From a virus (lineage: Duplodnaviria > Caudoviricetes): a DNA stretch of 64,000 bases. The stretch lies in IMG/VR virus record IMGVR_UViG_3300025706_000001, positions 1 to 64,000 of that record, one strand, 5' to 3'. This document shows positions 37,068 through 47,117 of this stretch, one piece after another (the first letter of the stretch is position 1; every line of letters starts with the position of its first letter). Position numbers and translations under genes: made by a program. The notes under the pieces were generated by a model, which ran no database searches, was not told the origin of the DNA, and worked only from the letters and a program-made list of their open reading frames with translations.

Positions 37068-38993
37068 CTATGGTACGGCCGCTGCGAGTAAATCAGATGG
37101 GTTTAAGAAAAATTGTTCATCAATGGCAGAGCCATCCGGGTCGGGGTGATTTCCTGGAGAACCAGCGGGAGTGTATGCGCCAAGCACCAACGAATTTTTT
37201 GTTACATAAGGAAGGCGTCCGACTGCCAGCTTATATCCTGGGCCAACGTTGTATGGCCTGTCAAGGTAGTACCAGTATGTTGCAATAACTTCGTGCATGG
37301 CATCACGTCCATCTGCTGAAAGCTGCACTGGCGAAGGATCTATGGTGTAATGCTTTAGGACATGCACGATGTTTGTATTTGGGTCTTTCCAGTGAACTGG
37401 TTTGATAAGTTCTGGCCATGCGTTAACACGGCTAGCATGAATCGTCACCTTGCGAATTTGTATTGGACAATGAAGATGAGCAAACGCTACGGTGGCTTCA
37501 GACGATGAAGCACTACATTGTTTTCCTAGCGGAAATCCTCTCCATCCAGTGTCGGACGACAAGCTAGACGACATTTTGTAAAACGAATATGCCGCCTTCT
37601 GGTGAGATTCTGAATATCGGGCAGATGTGAATTGCTCTAATTGCGTGGCGTCAACTTGCGGTGTCGTGGTGTATGCAGGAATATCCGCTCCAGTTACTCC
37701 CGTTGGCGGTTGAGAGAGGTTTTTTGGGCAGCATGGATTCTGAAGGATCGACAAAAGTATGGACGCAGCAGCCGAAAGGTTTTTTGGCACAACAACCAGT
37801 TCTTTGTCATACATCCTGTCCCTGGGGTTTACTATTCCTCGCGTCCAATGAGACACGTCAGGTCTTAGCGGGCTTCCGAAGTCAAAGCCACCACCACTGC
37901 CTTTGAACTTGCTGACGTTCATGACCCAGGCATTGGCATCAATGGAGATTACTCTAGCATTGAATCTAATTTCGTTTTCGGCAAGATTTTCCTGCAGGGT
38001 GGACGATTGCAGGAAAATCGTCCCTGGAGAATTTGTGCGAATCCATTCCCAGTGTACTTTAGCTTCCAGTATGTACATTGCCAACGTTACAAGAAGTCTC
38101 TTGCTGACACTTTTATCTGAGCGAAGCAGAAGATTCAGTTCTTGCTCGCAAGAGACTCCGTATTGCGGGAAACTCATCGTGTATGTGCCTTCCCACGATG
38201 TAGCAGGCGCTGGTGCAGCAGCCCACGTTTCTTGGTCAATAATCGAAAACGTTAGCTCAAGCGCGTTGGGGTCTTCGTGATAGCTGACGCTTTCTCTTTT
38301 GAATCCTCGAAGAATCGGAGGAAACGCAAAGTTACGGGCTAGTACGTGCGGGTTAATGGATAATGCTCGGCTGCGAAAGCGAATTCTCCCTTGATACATT
38401 CTGCGAGTGAGCCAGCTTTTGCAATCTATGTCATCCGCGACAACCCATCGCATGTTCAGAATGTCTCCAATGCCAACAGGGTCTGTCCCGCATCGCATGA
38501 GCGCAACAAACTCGACTGTAAACCGGCATTTTGCAGTTCGCGTTCCCTTAATGGCTAGGATTTGACACTTCGTTCGCGGTCCATGCGAAATGTCATAGCC
38601 CTCAATTACACCCAAGGTAGTCATTCCGCCTTCAGAGTCGCGTTTGCCACTGGGCTCTCCGCATGGCGCAGTGGCGTCAGGTGAAATCAAAAACAAGACC
38701 TCGTCGTTGATGGTCATCTTGAATTCATGTCGCGGCTGCAAGAACTTGCGAAGCGTGTCGTGCAGTCCTGGTGCTAAACCGACTCCATCTGCCTTGCTCC
38801 AGTTGACGCGAGAACCATGTATTTCTTGATCGACATCAGAAGTATGCAGGTCGCCAGTAAACACGACAGTAGTGTGAATGCCAACTGGATCGACGTTGGT
38901 TGAGTCGTATGTTGGCGACATTTCAACGGACTCTGTGAGAACATTCCGTATGGTAACTTCGTTGTATGTTATGTCGGTTTGGCAAAGTGACAT
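37068..38993 (-). CDS. putative distal tail protein
   Basis: directly follows the tape-measure-position gene. Confidence 0.55.
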   Translation of the reverse strand: MSLCQTDITYNEVTIRNVLTESVEMSPTYDSTNVDPVGIHTTVVFTGDLHTSDVDQEIHGSRVNWSKADGVGLAPGLHDTLRKFLQPRHEFKMTINDEVLFLISPDATAPCGEPSGKRDSEGGMTTLGVIEGYDISHGPRTKCQILAIKGTRTAKCRFTVEFVALMRCGTDPVGIGDILNMRWVVADDIDCKSWLTRRMYQGRIRFRSRALSINPHVLARNFAFPPILRGFKRESVSYHEDPNALELTFSIIDQETWAAAPAPATSWEGTYTMSFPQYGVSCEQELNLLLRSDKSVSKRLLVTLAMYILEAKVHWEWIRTNSPGTIFLQSSTLQENLAENEIRFNARVISIDANAWVMNVSKFKGSGGGFDFGSPLRPDVSHWTRGIVNPRDRMYDKELVVVPKNLSAAASILLSILQNPCCPKNLSQPPTGVTGADIPAYTTTPQVDATQLEQFTSARYSESHQKAAYSFYKMSSSLSSDTGWRGFPLGKQCSASSSEATVAFAHLHCPIQIRKVTIHASRVNAWPELIKPVHWKDPNTNIVHVLKHYTIDPSPVQLSADGRDAMHEVIATYWYYLDRPYNVGPGYKLAVGRLPYVTKNSLVLGAYTPAGSPGNHPDPDGSAIDEQFFLNPSDLLAAAVP

Positions 38994-38994
38994 G

Positions 38995-41900
38995 TTATGG
39001 TGCCATTGGTCCAGGTTTGGTGCTTCTGTAGCTAAATTCGCCAGTCTGCCAGCTTCGGGCAAACGCATCGAAGAAGGTTTGATCTTTTTGCTGTTTGCCT
39101 TCAAGTGCTTTGGCTATTGCCACAAGTGGCGCGATCCCAGGGAGGTATTCTAGGTATTTTGCATACCGAACAATTTCCTTGATGTCCCACAAAAGCCCGG
39201 CCAGAACGGTAGAGATAGTGTTGGTTAGTGCATCCTTTATTGGACGGACCTCGTCAAGGAGGTCTTGGTATGCAGTGCTCATTTCGGATAAATTGCCGCC
39301 AGTGGCTTGTGCAGACTGAATTCCCCTAGTTATTTCTCGAACCTGCGCTTGAGCAAACATGGTTCCGATGGTTCCGGAAAACTGTCGAAGTCCTTCTGTG
39401 CTGTGCAAAAGAGCTTCAGTCCAGTCAGTGACGTGACGCGGAAGAGACGCCATTGTCGCCAATACTTTGTCTGGTCTCGTGGCAAGCGATGCTGGGCTAC
39501 TATTGTTTGCCAAGTCGTACCCGAATTCCGCCGCGTCTCCAGCGATTTTACTTTGTGTCTGCCCAATAAACGGAGAGGCGTTTTCAGTAGTGGAGTGGAT
39601 TCCGCCTCGAACGGCTTGGTCTGCGCGGCTTCCTGCGTAAGTTGCAGCGGCGACAATGGCCGCTGGTCCAGCAGCGCCACCAATGCCCAGTAAAGACAGA
39701 AGTGCATTGGATGTTTCGTTTTGGTCTCCTGCAGCATCGTCAGTTGGGCCAGTTGGACTTACTGGACTCGCTGGGCTAGTTTGCGCTGACTGCAGGTGCT
39801 TCCCGGTAACCGCCCCTAAGCTGTTGATGTGATCTACAAGCTGAAGCTGACCGCCATCAACCCAAACGTGCATTACGTCTCGCGACCCACCTCCTGCTCC
39901 TCCTTGTGAGCCGCCTTGTCCGCCAGTGAGGGCGTCAAAAATGCCGCCAGCAATTCCGCCGCGCCCAGCTCGGCCTCTCCTTCGTTGGGCTCCGGTTGCA
40001 ACTGGCGGCAAGGCGGACCAAAAATCATCGTCGTCAGGCGGTGAAGACAGTGGCTCTTCTTCGTCAGGCTGATCAAAGACAGATCGTGGTTGATCCCTGG
40101 TTCCTTCGGAAAAACTGGCAGGATCTAATCGTCGAGGTTGTGTTGCAAATGGAGTAGTTGGCGGGTGAAATGTTTGCTGAAATGCCTGCTTAGCTCGCCG
40201 CGCCATTTTTGTCCACATGGACGTAGGAACGGCTTCGACAGATGCTTCCTCTGGGCCGTGGACTGGCAATCCTGATTCTGGTGCCGCCGTAGCTCCAATC
40301 TGTTCAAATTGTGCTGCTTCAGACAGTGCGTCACTGGCAAGATTGCCGCGATACTTTTCGGGGATCGTAGCCAAGGCAACTTGCGGCGGTGATTCTGGCG
40401 GCGGCTCTGTCCAGTCTGCAACGAATTCCGCAGGAGCAGTAGCGGACTGTATTCTTTGTAGTCGCGCTTGTTCAGCGGCCCCCCCTATCCGGACTCCTGC
40501 TTCATGCCAAAATGGTGTCGATGCTGCGGCAGGACGTGGGACAGCAAACAGGCTCTCGGTTTCAATTGGTCTTTCTGAACCAAAGGCAGGGGGTGAAGGC
40601 GGTGGCGGTGGTTGTGGTCCTTGCACTGGACCTTGAGTAACGTCTAAAACTAGGCTCTTGTATGCTTCTTTTGTTTTGCGGATCTGTTTCGCTTGCTGCC
40701 GCTGCTCTGGCGTCCAGAACTGACGTGGGGTGGACCGAAGTGATTCGATAACCTCTGCGTTTTCTTCGAGAAACCGCTGGTGTGCTTGGTACTCGATGGC
40801 AAGAGGCCATTCATGTGTGTCGTCAAATCGCGTGCCCAGATCAAAGTCAGGAAGAGAACTTAGTGATTGAGGCTTCTGTGTGTCTCCGTCATTGACTGCA
40901 ATTGGCGGAGGCGTTTCGGCTGTTTGCGGTTCGGGGCCGGACTCAAGGGCATCACTGGAAATACCTGGGGCTGGCTGGCCTTCTAGTACGGCAGGAAGCT
41001 CTTCTTCTGCGGCACGCGACCAGTCATAGTCAAATCGCCTACTCAGGCTGTATTCGTTGGACGTTTGGCTTGGCGATGAAGGGGTTTGCGATTCGCCGAC
41101 ACTAGCTACAGCAGGTTGTGGCGGCTCCGGTGGCTTAACAGGGGCCGGGCTGACGGCGGGCTGTGGTCCTGGTGCGGCGATATTGGCTACAGCGGGTGGT
41201 GTCTTAGCCGACTGGGAACCAACGTCCGGCTTGAGAACTTCAGCGGAATCGCTTGAGTCTAGCTTGTTTTCTGATACAGCTGGTGGTTGTACTGGCGGGG
41301 CAACTGGTGCTGGTGGTTGCGATGTCGTGTCGAGTGGCGGTGGTGTCTCAGCAGTCGTGCTCGGTGCGATGATGGATGTCGGGCTGGCAGCGGGCGGTGG
41401 TCCTGGTGCGGCGACATTGTCCGGGCTAACGGCAGCGGAGGGCGGAGTAACAGGTTCTCCGGCTGGCGAATTGACGACAGAATCGACGCCCTTTGGCTTA
41501 CCAACGTTGACGGCAGGTAGCTGGACAACAGGTGCTGGAGAATGCGGTGGCGCAGTGGTCGTCGGAGGCGTCGGTGTGGCTGGTGCTTGGACTGTGGATG
41601 GCGATGCGGCGACGGATGCCGGACTGGTTGTGGGCGACGGTACGACAATCGCTTCTGCACTAGGCGGGCGTGCTGGATGGCCAAAGACAGCGATGCTTTC
41701 AGGAACTTGAGATAGCGATGATTCAGCTTGCTGCTGACCAAAGGTGAAGATTGCTTCCGTGCTTGGATAACCCTCGGGCCGGGCGATAGGAGCGTCTTCA
41801 GTATCTAAAGCGAACGGTTGCGATCTGGCTGGTGGAGAAGTCGCGGTGACGATCTCTTCAGCGGCTGGTGCGTCTGGCGGCCGGGCGGCAGGGGCTTGCG

Positions 41901-43107
41901 GTTCGGGAATCGTGACGTTCGGCGTCGGTGGGGCGGCGTTCTCGAACGTCGGGGATTGCTGCGACTCAGCTTGCTTTGGCTTAAAAGTGACAACTGGGCT
42001 TGCACTATCCGAGTCGGGCGAAGCGACGGCAGGCTTGTTCTCAAGGATCGGTGCGAGATGTTGCGATTCGACTGGCGGAGAGGCGGTGACGATCTCTTCA
42101 GCGGCTGGTGCGTCTGGCGGCCGAGTGGCAAGGGCAGGCAGTAGTTCAAAAGGCGTAACGTTCGGCGTTGGCGTCAATGTCGGAGCGTTCTCGATAGCCG
42201 CAGGTTCTGGCGACTTAGCCGGCTGCTGACCAAAGGTGAAAAGCGAGCTTATGTCCGATGGGCTAGTTTGTGGAGCGACAGCAGGTTGACTTGGCTCAAA
42301 TACGATTGGCTCTGGATTGACTACAGCAGGAGCGTTCTCAGCGGCTGGGATGAGTGGCTGCAATTTTGCTTGCGAATTGGCGTCAATAACGGCTCCGCCA
42401 GTGTCCAGCGGATTTGTCGATTGAGCTACAAAGGCAGGCGGCGGTTCGGGAAACGTGACAGCCAGAGTCTGTTTGACATCACTCTCAGCGGTCGTGATTT
42501 TGGGCGTCTCAACCTGCTGTGGTTCAAAAGTGACAATTGGATTTGTGCCCGAAAGTTCTGGCGTGACAGAGGCGGAACCATTCTCAATAATCGAAGGGAA
42601 TGGCTGCGGCTCGACTGGCGGAGGGGCAGTAGCAACGACTCTTCCAATGTCCGGTGAGCTTGCCGGTGGGGCAGCAAGAACGGCTTGTGGTTCTGGAAAC
42701 GTAATATCCGGCTGCGGCTCGTTTTTGATGTCTGGCTTCGCGACTGAAACAACCGCTGGCGATGTAGGCTGCTGTGTTTCAGTGGCAAGACCAAAAGCCT
42801 GCTCAATGATTTCTGATTTGGATTGATCGCCAAAGATGGCAGGACGCTTGACTTCAGGTTCAGCAGCCGAAGTAGTTGCTGAGACGGGCGAAACAGGATT
42901 GGCAGGTTCACCCGTTTCTTGCAGTGCGGCAGGCGGCTCGTTGCCAAGCAGACCACCCTGCTCTGAAACGCTAAACGCATCGGGGTTGGCGGCGAAGCTA
43001 ACCTTCTCGCCTTCGCCTGCCTCGGTCTCAGAGGCAGTGGCAAGACCCTTCATTAGTTCCGCCACCATCCTGACAATCAGAGCGTCTTGGATTGGGCCTT
43101 CGTCCAT
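38995..43107 (-). CDS. protein in tape-measure position with a ~900-aa Pro/Ala/Ser/Thr-rich repeat region
   Basis: immediately downstream of the frameshifted chaperones; C-terminal ~250 aa helical with Gly/Ala-rich hydrophobic segments. Confidence 0.65.
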   Translation of the reverse strand: MDEGPIQDALIVRMVAELMKGLATASETEAGEGEKVSFAANPDAFSVSEQGGLLGNEPPAALQETGEPANPVSPVSATTSAAEPEVKRPAIFGDQSKSEIIEQAFGLATETQQPTSPAVVSVAKPDIKNEPQPDITFPEPQAVLAAPPASSPDIGRVVATAPPPVEPQPFPSIIENGSASVTPELSGTNPIVTFEPQQVETPKITTAESDVKQTLAVTFPEPPPAFVAQSTNPLDTGGAVIDANSQAKLQPLIPAAENAPAVVNPEPIVFEPSQPAVAPQTSPSDISSLFTFGQQPAKSPEPAAIENAPTLTPTPNVTPFELLPALATRPPDAPAAEEIVTASPPVESQHLAPILENKPAVASPDSDSASPVVTFKPKQAESQQSPTFENAAPPTPNVTIPEPQAPAARPPDAPAAEEIVTATSPPARSQPFALDTEDAPIARPEGYPSTEAIFTFGQQQAESSLSQVPESIAVFGHPARPPSAEAIVVPSPTTSPASVAASPSTVQAPATPTPPTTTAPPHSPAPVVQLPAVNVGKPKGVDSVVNSPAGEPVTPPSAAVSPDNVAAPGPPPAASPTSIIAPSTTAETPPPLDTTSQPPAPVAPPVQPPAVSENKLDSSDSAEVLKPDVGSQSAKTPPAVANIAAPGPQPAVSPAPVKPPEPPQPAVASVGESQTPSSPSQTSNEYSLSRRFDYDWSRAAEEELPAVLEGQPAPGISSDALESGPEPQTAETPPPIAVNDGDTQKPQSLSSLPDFDLGTRFDDTHEWPLAIEYQAHQRFLEENAEVIESLRSTPRQFWTPEQRQQAKQIRKTKEAYKSLVLDVTQGPVQGPQPPPPPSPPAFGSERPIETESLFAVPRPAAASTPFWHEAGVRIGGAAEQARLQRIQSATAPAEFVADWTEPPPESPPQVALATIPEKYRGNLASDALSEAAQFEQIGATAAPESGLPVHGPEEASVEAVPTSMWTKMARRAKQAFQQTFHPPTTPFATQPRRLDPASFSEGTRDQPRSVFDQPDEEEPLSSPPDDDDFWSALPPVATGAQRRRGRAGRGGIAGGIFDALTGGQGGSQGGAGGGSRDVMHVWVDGGQLQLVDHINSLGAVTGKHLQSAQTSPASPVSPTGPTDDAAGDQNETSNALLSLLGIGGAAGPAAIVAAATYAGSRADQAVRGGIHSTTENASPFIGQTQSKIAGDAAEFGYDLANNSSPASLATRPDKVLATMASLPRHVTDWTEALLHSTEGLRQFSGTIGTMFAQAQVREITRGIQSAQATGGNLSEMSTAYQDLLDEVRPIKDALTNTISTVLAGLLWDIKEIVRYAKYLEYLPGIAPLVAIAKALEGKQQKDQTFFDAFARSWQTGEFSYRSTKPGPMAP
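41843..42123. repeat. 41-bp exact intragenic direct repeat, period 240 bp
   Basis: gcggtgacgatctcttcagcggctggtgcgtctggcggccg at 41843-41883 and 42083-42123 (RPPDAPAAEEIVTA). Confidence 0.9.
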
Positions 43108-43111
43108 GTGT

Positions 43112-43722
43112 CTACCGCATCTGTTGCATCATTCGCCTCGACTCCATCATGAACCGGTCCTTCTCGAACTGGTACTCGGCTTCTTCTGGAGTCCTTGCCA
43201 TCGCGTCAAACCAGGACTTGTCTAGGCCGGTGCCGCCGAAGCAGCTTCCGATGGCTCCAGCGACGGATTGAAGGTTGTGGTAGGCTCGACGCTTGGCGAT
43301 TCGTTCGGCGTGGATGACGAGCCCGAACCGGGTTTCGGCGTCGAGGGGCTCCCAGGGAGCGGTCGTCCCAAGAGACGCAAAGGCATCGGCAACTGGCCTC
43401 GTTTTTTTTTGAGTTCCACGACGAAACTGAGCCACTGCCACCACACCCGGCAGAATTCCAAATCGGTCAGGCCGGTGCCGTCGGCTTCGTTGAATTCGGG
43501 GATGCCAATCCAAATCCTGGCCCTGCCGATGAGTTCCTGCACGGCCTCCATTTCGTTGTTCTCAAACCGCTTGATTGCGCTTTCAAGGTCGATCGTTTCG
43601 TCTGCCCACATGGCAAACCAGATCTTCATGGGGTCGGCGGCGCGATCTTTGGTGCCGTCGTGGAAGCGAAAGATGTCTCGTTCGGTGGTGGTTTCTGGCG
43701 TTCCGTCTTTGGTTTCTGCCAT
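43112..43722 (-). CDS. tail assembly chaperone pair (gpG/gpGT-like) with programmed -1 frameshift
   Basis: ORF 43222-43722 overlaps -1-frame ORF ending at 43112; A9 slippery run at 43402-43410; lies between tail-tube-like and tape-measure-position genes. Confidence 0.75.
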
Positions 43723-43724
43723 TG

Positions 43725-44318
43725 TTAGGTCCTTGGGTGGGTTAGTGCGTAAAGAGTTTGGTGAGATTCAGTCCACGGATACGGGTAGGCTGGATCGCAG
43801 GGATCTTCCCCGTCGCCGTACTCAAGGATCTTGCAGTCACAGGCGTTGTCAATGTGACACTCAAACAGCAAGATGAATGCTTGATGTCGCGTGCCCATTG
43901 TCCATTTTCGACCCTGGCGAAGAACGGCCTTGGCGAACGTGACGATGTATTCTTTACTGGTTAGAACCAGTTCTTCCAACCCGTCGTCCTGCCGCATGTA
44001 CCAGCCAGCACGAGGCATGATTCCAGGCGCAGTAATGCGAGCATCTTCAGTCGCAATACTACTGAGGTTTTTAAGAGTCGTCTGGTTGAACCGATTCAGC
44101 GAGCAGCGGACGTAGATAAGCGATCCAAGATACTGCACGTCACAGGGCGGCCCTTCAGAGCCACCGAATCCATCGCTCTTGACTTCGTGGAAGAAGGGCG
44201 TTTCGTCGATTTGGATTCGGTCCTCGGAGTAGCCCAGATTGTAGCCGTGGAATTGGACCAACGTCGGCCCAGTGGCGAAGTGCGGAAACGACTGGGGTAC
44301 TACTCCGAGGAAAGGCAT
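43725..44318 (-). CDS. tail-tube-like protein, paralogue B
   Basis: LGYSEDRIQIDE..FGG..DVQYLGS..LNRFN; position before the chaperones. Confidence 0.6.
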   Translation of the reverse strand: MPFLGVVPQSFPHFATGPTLVQFHGYNLGYSEDRIQIDETPFFHEVKSDGFGGSEGPPCDVQYLGSLIYVRCSLNRFNQTTLKNLSSIATEDARITAPGIMPRAGWYMRQDDGLEELVLTSKEYIVTFAKAVLRQGRKWTMGTRHQAFILLFECHIDNACDCKILEYGDGEDPCDPAYPYPWTESHQTLYALTHPRT

Positions 44319-44362
44319 AGTGGCAACTCGCGGCTTTGCTTACGTGCCAAGTGGGATGTCAA

Positions 44363-44986
44363 TTAGGTACAGGGGTTTGTACCGGCTGCGATTTCGTACA
44401 ACTCCAGGTCGCACGGGCTGTAGATGTGGCACTCAAACACGAGCATCACCTGCTGGTGCCGAACACCCATGTTAAACCGCTTTCCTTGCCGCAGAAATGC
44501 CTTGTGGAAAGTCAAGTTTTCTGTAGCAGACGACAGTCGTAGGGTTTCCATGTAGGTGATCGTCGCGTTGTCACCCTGTCGCATGAACGCGCCCATCGGC
44601 CCACTAACGACATCGCCAGTCGTTCCAGTCATCTGATTGGCCACTTCTGCGCCAACGACCTGAGAAAGTGACGGGTGAATAGAGGACAACTTCTTGATGT
44701 GGTAGTCATTGAACCGATTCAGGTTGCAATGGACGTAGACGACAGACCCGAGGTACTGGACCTCCGAAGGAATCCCGGCCATGCCGCCGAAGATGTCGTT
44801 CCTGATGTCTTCCCACTGAGGTCTCTCGTCGATCTGAACTCGGTCTTCGCAGTAGCCAAGTTTCAGCATCGTAGCGTCGTCACCGGAACCTGTATCTGCG
44901 GCACTGCCAAACTCAACGAGCGTTGCGCCGGTACTGCGATGCGGGAATCCCATCGGAAGAATGCCGCTAAAAACGCCAGCTGCCAT
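44363..44986 (-). CDS. tail-tube-like protein, paralogue A
   Basis: LGYCEDRVQIDE..FGG..EVQYLGS..LNRFN; GGAG RBS. Confidence 0.6.
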   Translation of the reverse strand: MAAGVFSGILPMGFPHRSTGATLVEFGSAADTGSGDDATMLKLGYCEDRVQIDERPQWEDIRNDIFGGMAGIPSEVQYLGSVVYVHCNLNRFNDYHIKKLSSIHPSLSQVVGAEVANQMTGTTGDVVSGPMGAFMRQGDNATITYMETLRLSSATENLTFHKAFLRQGKRFNMGVRHQQVMLVFECHIYSPCDLELYEIAAGTNPCT

Positions 44987-45001
44987 GTTCGTTCTCCTTC
45001 T

Positions 45002-45511
45002 TTAACGTCCTGCGGGCAAACGGTTCCATCTGGGAACGAGGTGCCTGCCCATCTGTTCTGGGTAAAAGTTCAGGTTTGTGTAATCAACAACCGTCGGAGC
45101 AGTTGTGTCTGGGTTTGCGGCGTTGATGTGGTCGTCCAGGTTGAACAGGTTCTCGCCGTTTCGCAGTGCTTTCAGATAGGCTTGCGCCAGTTCTGTGTAA
45201 GCCTTGGCCTGTTCCATGTGGTAGCCCGGCCGACGTTCGTAAAGGTCGGCCATCGCAATCGTACAGACGATCTTCTTCAGGAACCCCAGCGAGTTGCCCG
45301 TCAGTGATTCCAGGTCGGCAGGCAGATACCGCTTGCCGGATAGCATCGCAGACTCGACTTGGCCGGACGCATCCACGAGCAGCTCACTCAACACATCGCT
45401 GGCAAGCAGCTCTGCGTCAGTGGGCGTGTCGTTCATGTCCCCCATTAACTCGCCGATGAGCCGTTTGTCACGGCGAGTTATGAGGTCCGAAATGGATGCG
45501 TAGGCGGCCAC
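45002..45511 (-). CDS. head-tail connector (Mu gp36-like)
   Basis: MAAYASISDL..LVDASGQVES..RY..LKKIVCTIA..LYERR..AYLKALRNG; follows the capsid gene. Confidence 0.75.
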   Translation of the reverse strand: MAAYASISDLITRRDKRLIGELMGDMNDTPTDAELLASDVLSELLVDASGQVESAMLSGKRYLPADLESLTGNSLGFLKKIVCTIAMADLYERRPGYHMEQAKAYTELAQAYLKALRNGENLFNLDDHINAANPDTTAPTVVDYTNLNFYPEQMGRHLVPRWNRLPAGR

Positions 45512-45514
45512 AGA

Positions 45515-46600
45515 TTAGTCTCCGCTGCTGCTGTCGGTCGTCTCGGTGACGCCACGGAACAGGAAGCCGCTGACTGGTGCGGTCATGATCGGATCAAAGT
45601 GATCGACCACGCGGTGATCCCACCTGCGGTTGTCCACGTCCTTCTTGGTTTCCACGGTCATTTCTTCTTTGAAGAAGATCGTGATCGTGGAGAACGACGG
45701 GCCACCACCAGCGACGGCTTCGATTCCTCCCGGCCGGGCCAGAACGAACACGTTGCCTTCGGTCATCGCCCAGTCGTCCGTCGTGGTGGTCGCACCGCGT
45801 TCGCTTGTGACCTTCACGGCGTCTTCGATGACCACGGGCAGGCCGTAGAGCGTCGGGGGCATCCCGTAGAAGTCCAGGCCCCACTTCGCGCCTTCGGTGA
45901 TCTGCGGCGCGCTGGCCTGCTGCTTCACGAAGTCGATGATCTCTTGCGAGAGAGCGATCTTCGCAGCCGTGGCCGGGGACATGACCAGCATGAGGTCCTT
46001 GTGCGTCACGACGCCACGAGTACCCTTCTGGATGACCTGCACGGCGTAGGTGATCGACCGCTTGATGTCCATCAGCGAGGTCGTGGAGGCTTCCCAGCTG
46101 TAGCTGGTGTTTCCAGAAATCTCGTTGGTCCACTTGACGTGGGTCGAGTCCCAGTTGGCGACCGTTTCCAGCTGCTGGATGGTCTTCACCGTCCGCGCCG
46201 TCATGGCCTTCTGGGCGTTGAACATCTTGTGGACGCCCTCGATGTCCCAGTCGGCCTCCTCCATCGCCAGCTCGCCCAATTGCATAGGGTAGGCGTACCG
46301 AGTGGCCCGGTAGGACTCGTAACGAAACTGCTCCGTGTGGGTTCGCTTGGGGGCGTCGCCGCCGTCGGGCCACACGTAGTCGTTCAAGTCGGCGTCCAGG
46401 ATGCGGGCACATTCATCTGCCTTGATCCGCAAGAACAGGCCCGCGCTTTTGGTCACGGGTCGGTACTGGGCGTATCGCGGCAGGGCGAACTTCGACGGGT
46501 CGCGACTGAACGTGATGATCAGGTTGCCCGTAGCGTCGGGGTTCTGCACATAGGTGTTATATGCACCGGGCAGGGCGTAAGTTCCGGTCGAGAGCGGCAT
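45515..46600 (-). CDS. major capsid protein
   Basis: 361 aa, strong GC3 codon bias, AGGAG RBS, order protease-decoration-capsid-connector; LVMSP..PPTLYGLPVVI HK97-like segment. Confidence 0.8.
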   Translation of the reverse strand: MPLSTGTYALPGAYNTYVQNPDATGNLIITFSRDPSKFALPRYAQYRPVTKSAGLFLRIKADECARILDADLNDYVWPDGGDAPKRTHTEQFRYESYRATRYAYPMQLGELAMEEADWDIEGVHKMFNAQKAMTARTVKTIQQLETVANWDSTHVKWTNEISGNTSYSWEASTTSLMDIKRSITYAVQVIQKGTRGVVTHKDLMLVMSPATAAKIALSQEIIDFVKQQASAPQITEGAKWGLDFYGMPPTLYGLPVVIEDAVKVTSERGATTTTDDWAMTEGNVFVLARPGGIEAVAGGGPSFSTITIFFKEEMTVETKKDVDNRRWDHRVVDHFDPIMTAPVSGFLFRGVTETTDSSSGD

Positions 46601-46666
46601 GGTAAATCTCCTTGGTTCCGGACATGCACCCCGTTCTTTGGCTACGGCACGTCGCGTTGCAGTGGG

Positions 46667-47074
46667 TTAGGCGTTCTTCTGGTAGATCATGACGTGAATC
46701 CAGGCTTTCTCGCCGGACGAATATGCGACACCTCGCTGGCAGATGCCAACGACGTAGTTGCCGGCAGTCGCAATCATCGCCACGCCATTGGTGCCGGCCA
46801 TGACTTCACAGCCATCCGTCAGCGTTTCGCCGATCTCAACTTCCGCCACATCGCCTGGACCGTGAACGCGAACAGGTTCTTGGTCCAGCGCCGCATAGGC
46901 GGTCGTGACAGACGGGATCGGTGCCTCGCGAGTTCCGTTGAAAACGACGCCAACAGGTACTGCCGAGCCGTCGTCAGCCATCAGAACTGCGTTGTTTTCG
47001 TCGGTGGCTCGTTTGACGATCCGAGCAGGATACAGGTTTTCACCGGCCACATAATTCGGGTTCAAGAGCGGCAT
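46667..47074 (-). CDS. capsid decoration/cement protein
   Basis: 135-aa beta-rich protein between scaffold and capsid (YVAGENL..ARIV..VGV..VVGI). Confidence 0.7.
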   Translation of the reverse strand: MPLLNPNYVAGENLYPARIVKRATDENNAVLMADDGSAVPVGVVFNGTREAPIPSVTTAYAALDQEPVRVHGPGDVAEVEIGETLTDGCEVMAGTNGVAMIATAGNYVVGICQRGVAYSSGEKAWIHVMIYQKNA

Positions 47075-47117
47075 AGTTCTTCTCCTTCAAGTAACCGGAC
47101 GGAAGCCGGTGGTTGAG

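Noticed and set aside
45599-47116. 505-aa plus-strand ORF and similar long antisense ORFs (e.g. 36215-37288, 8960-9688)
   Set aside because: Mirror frames of strongly codon-biased minus-strand genes
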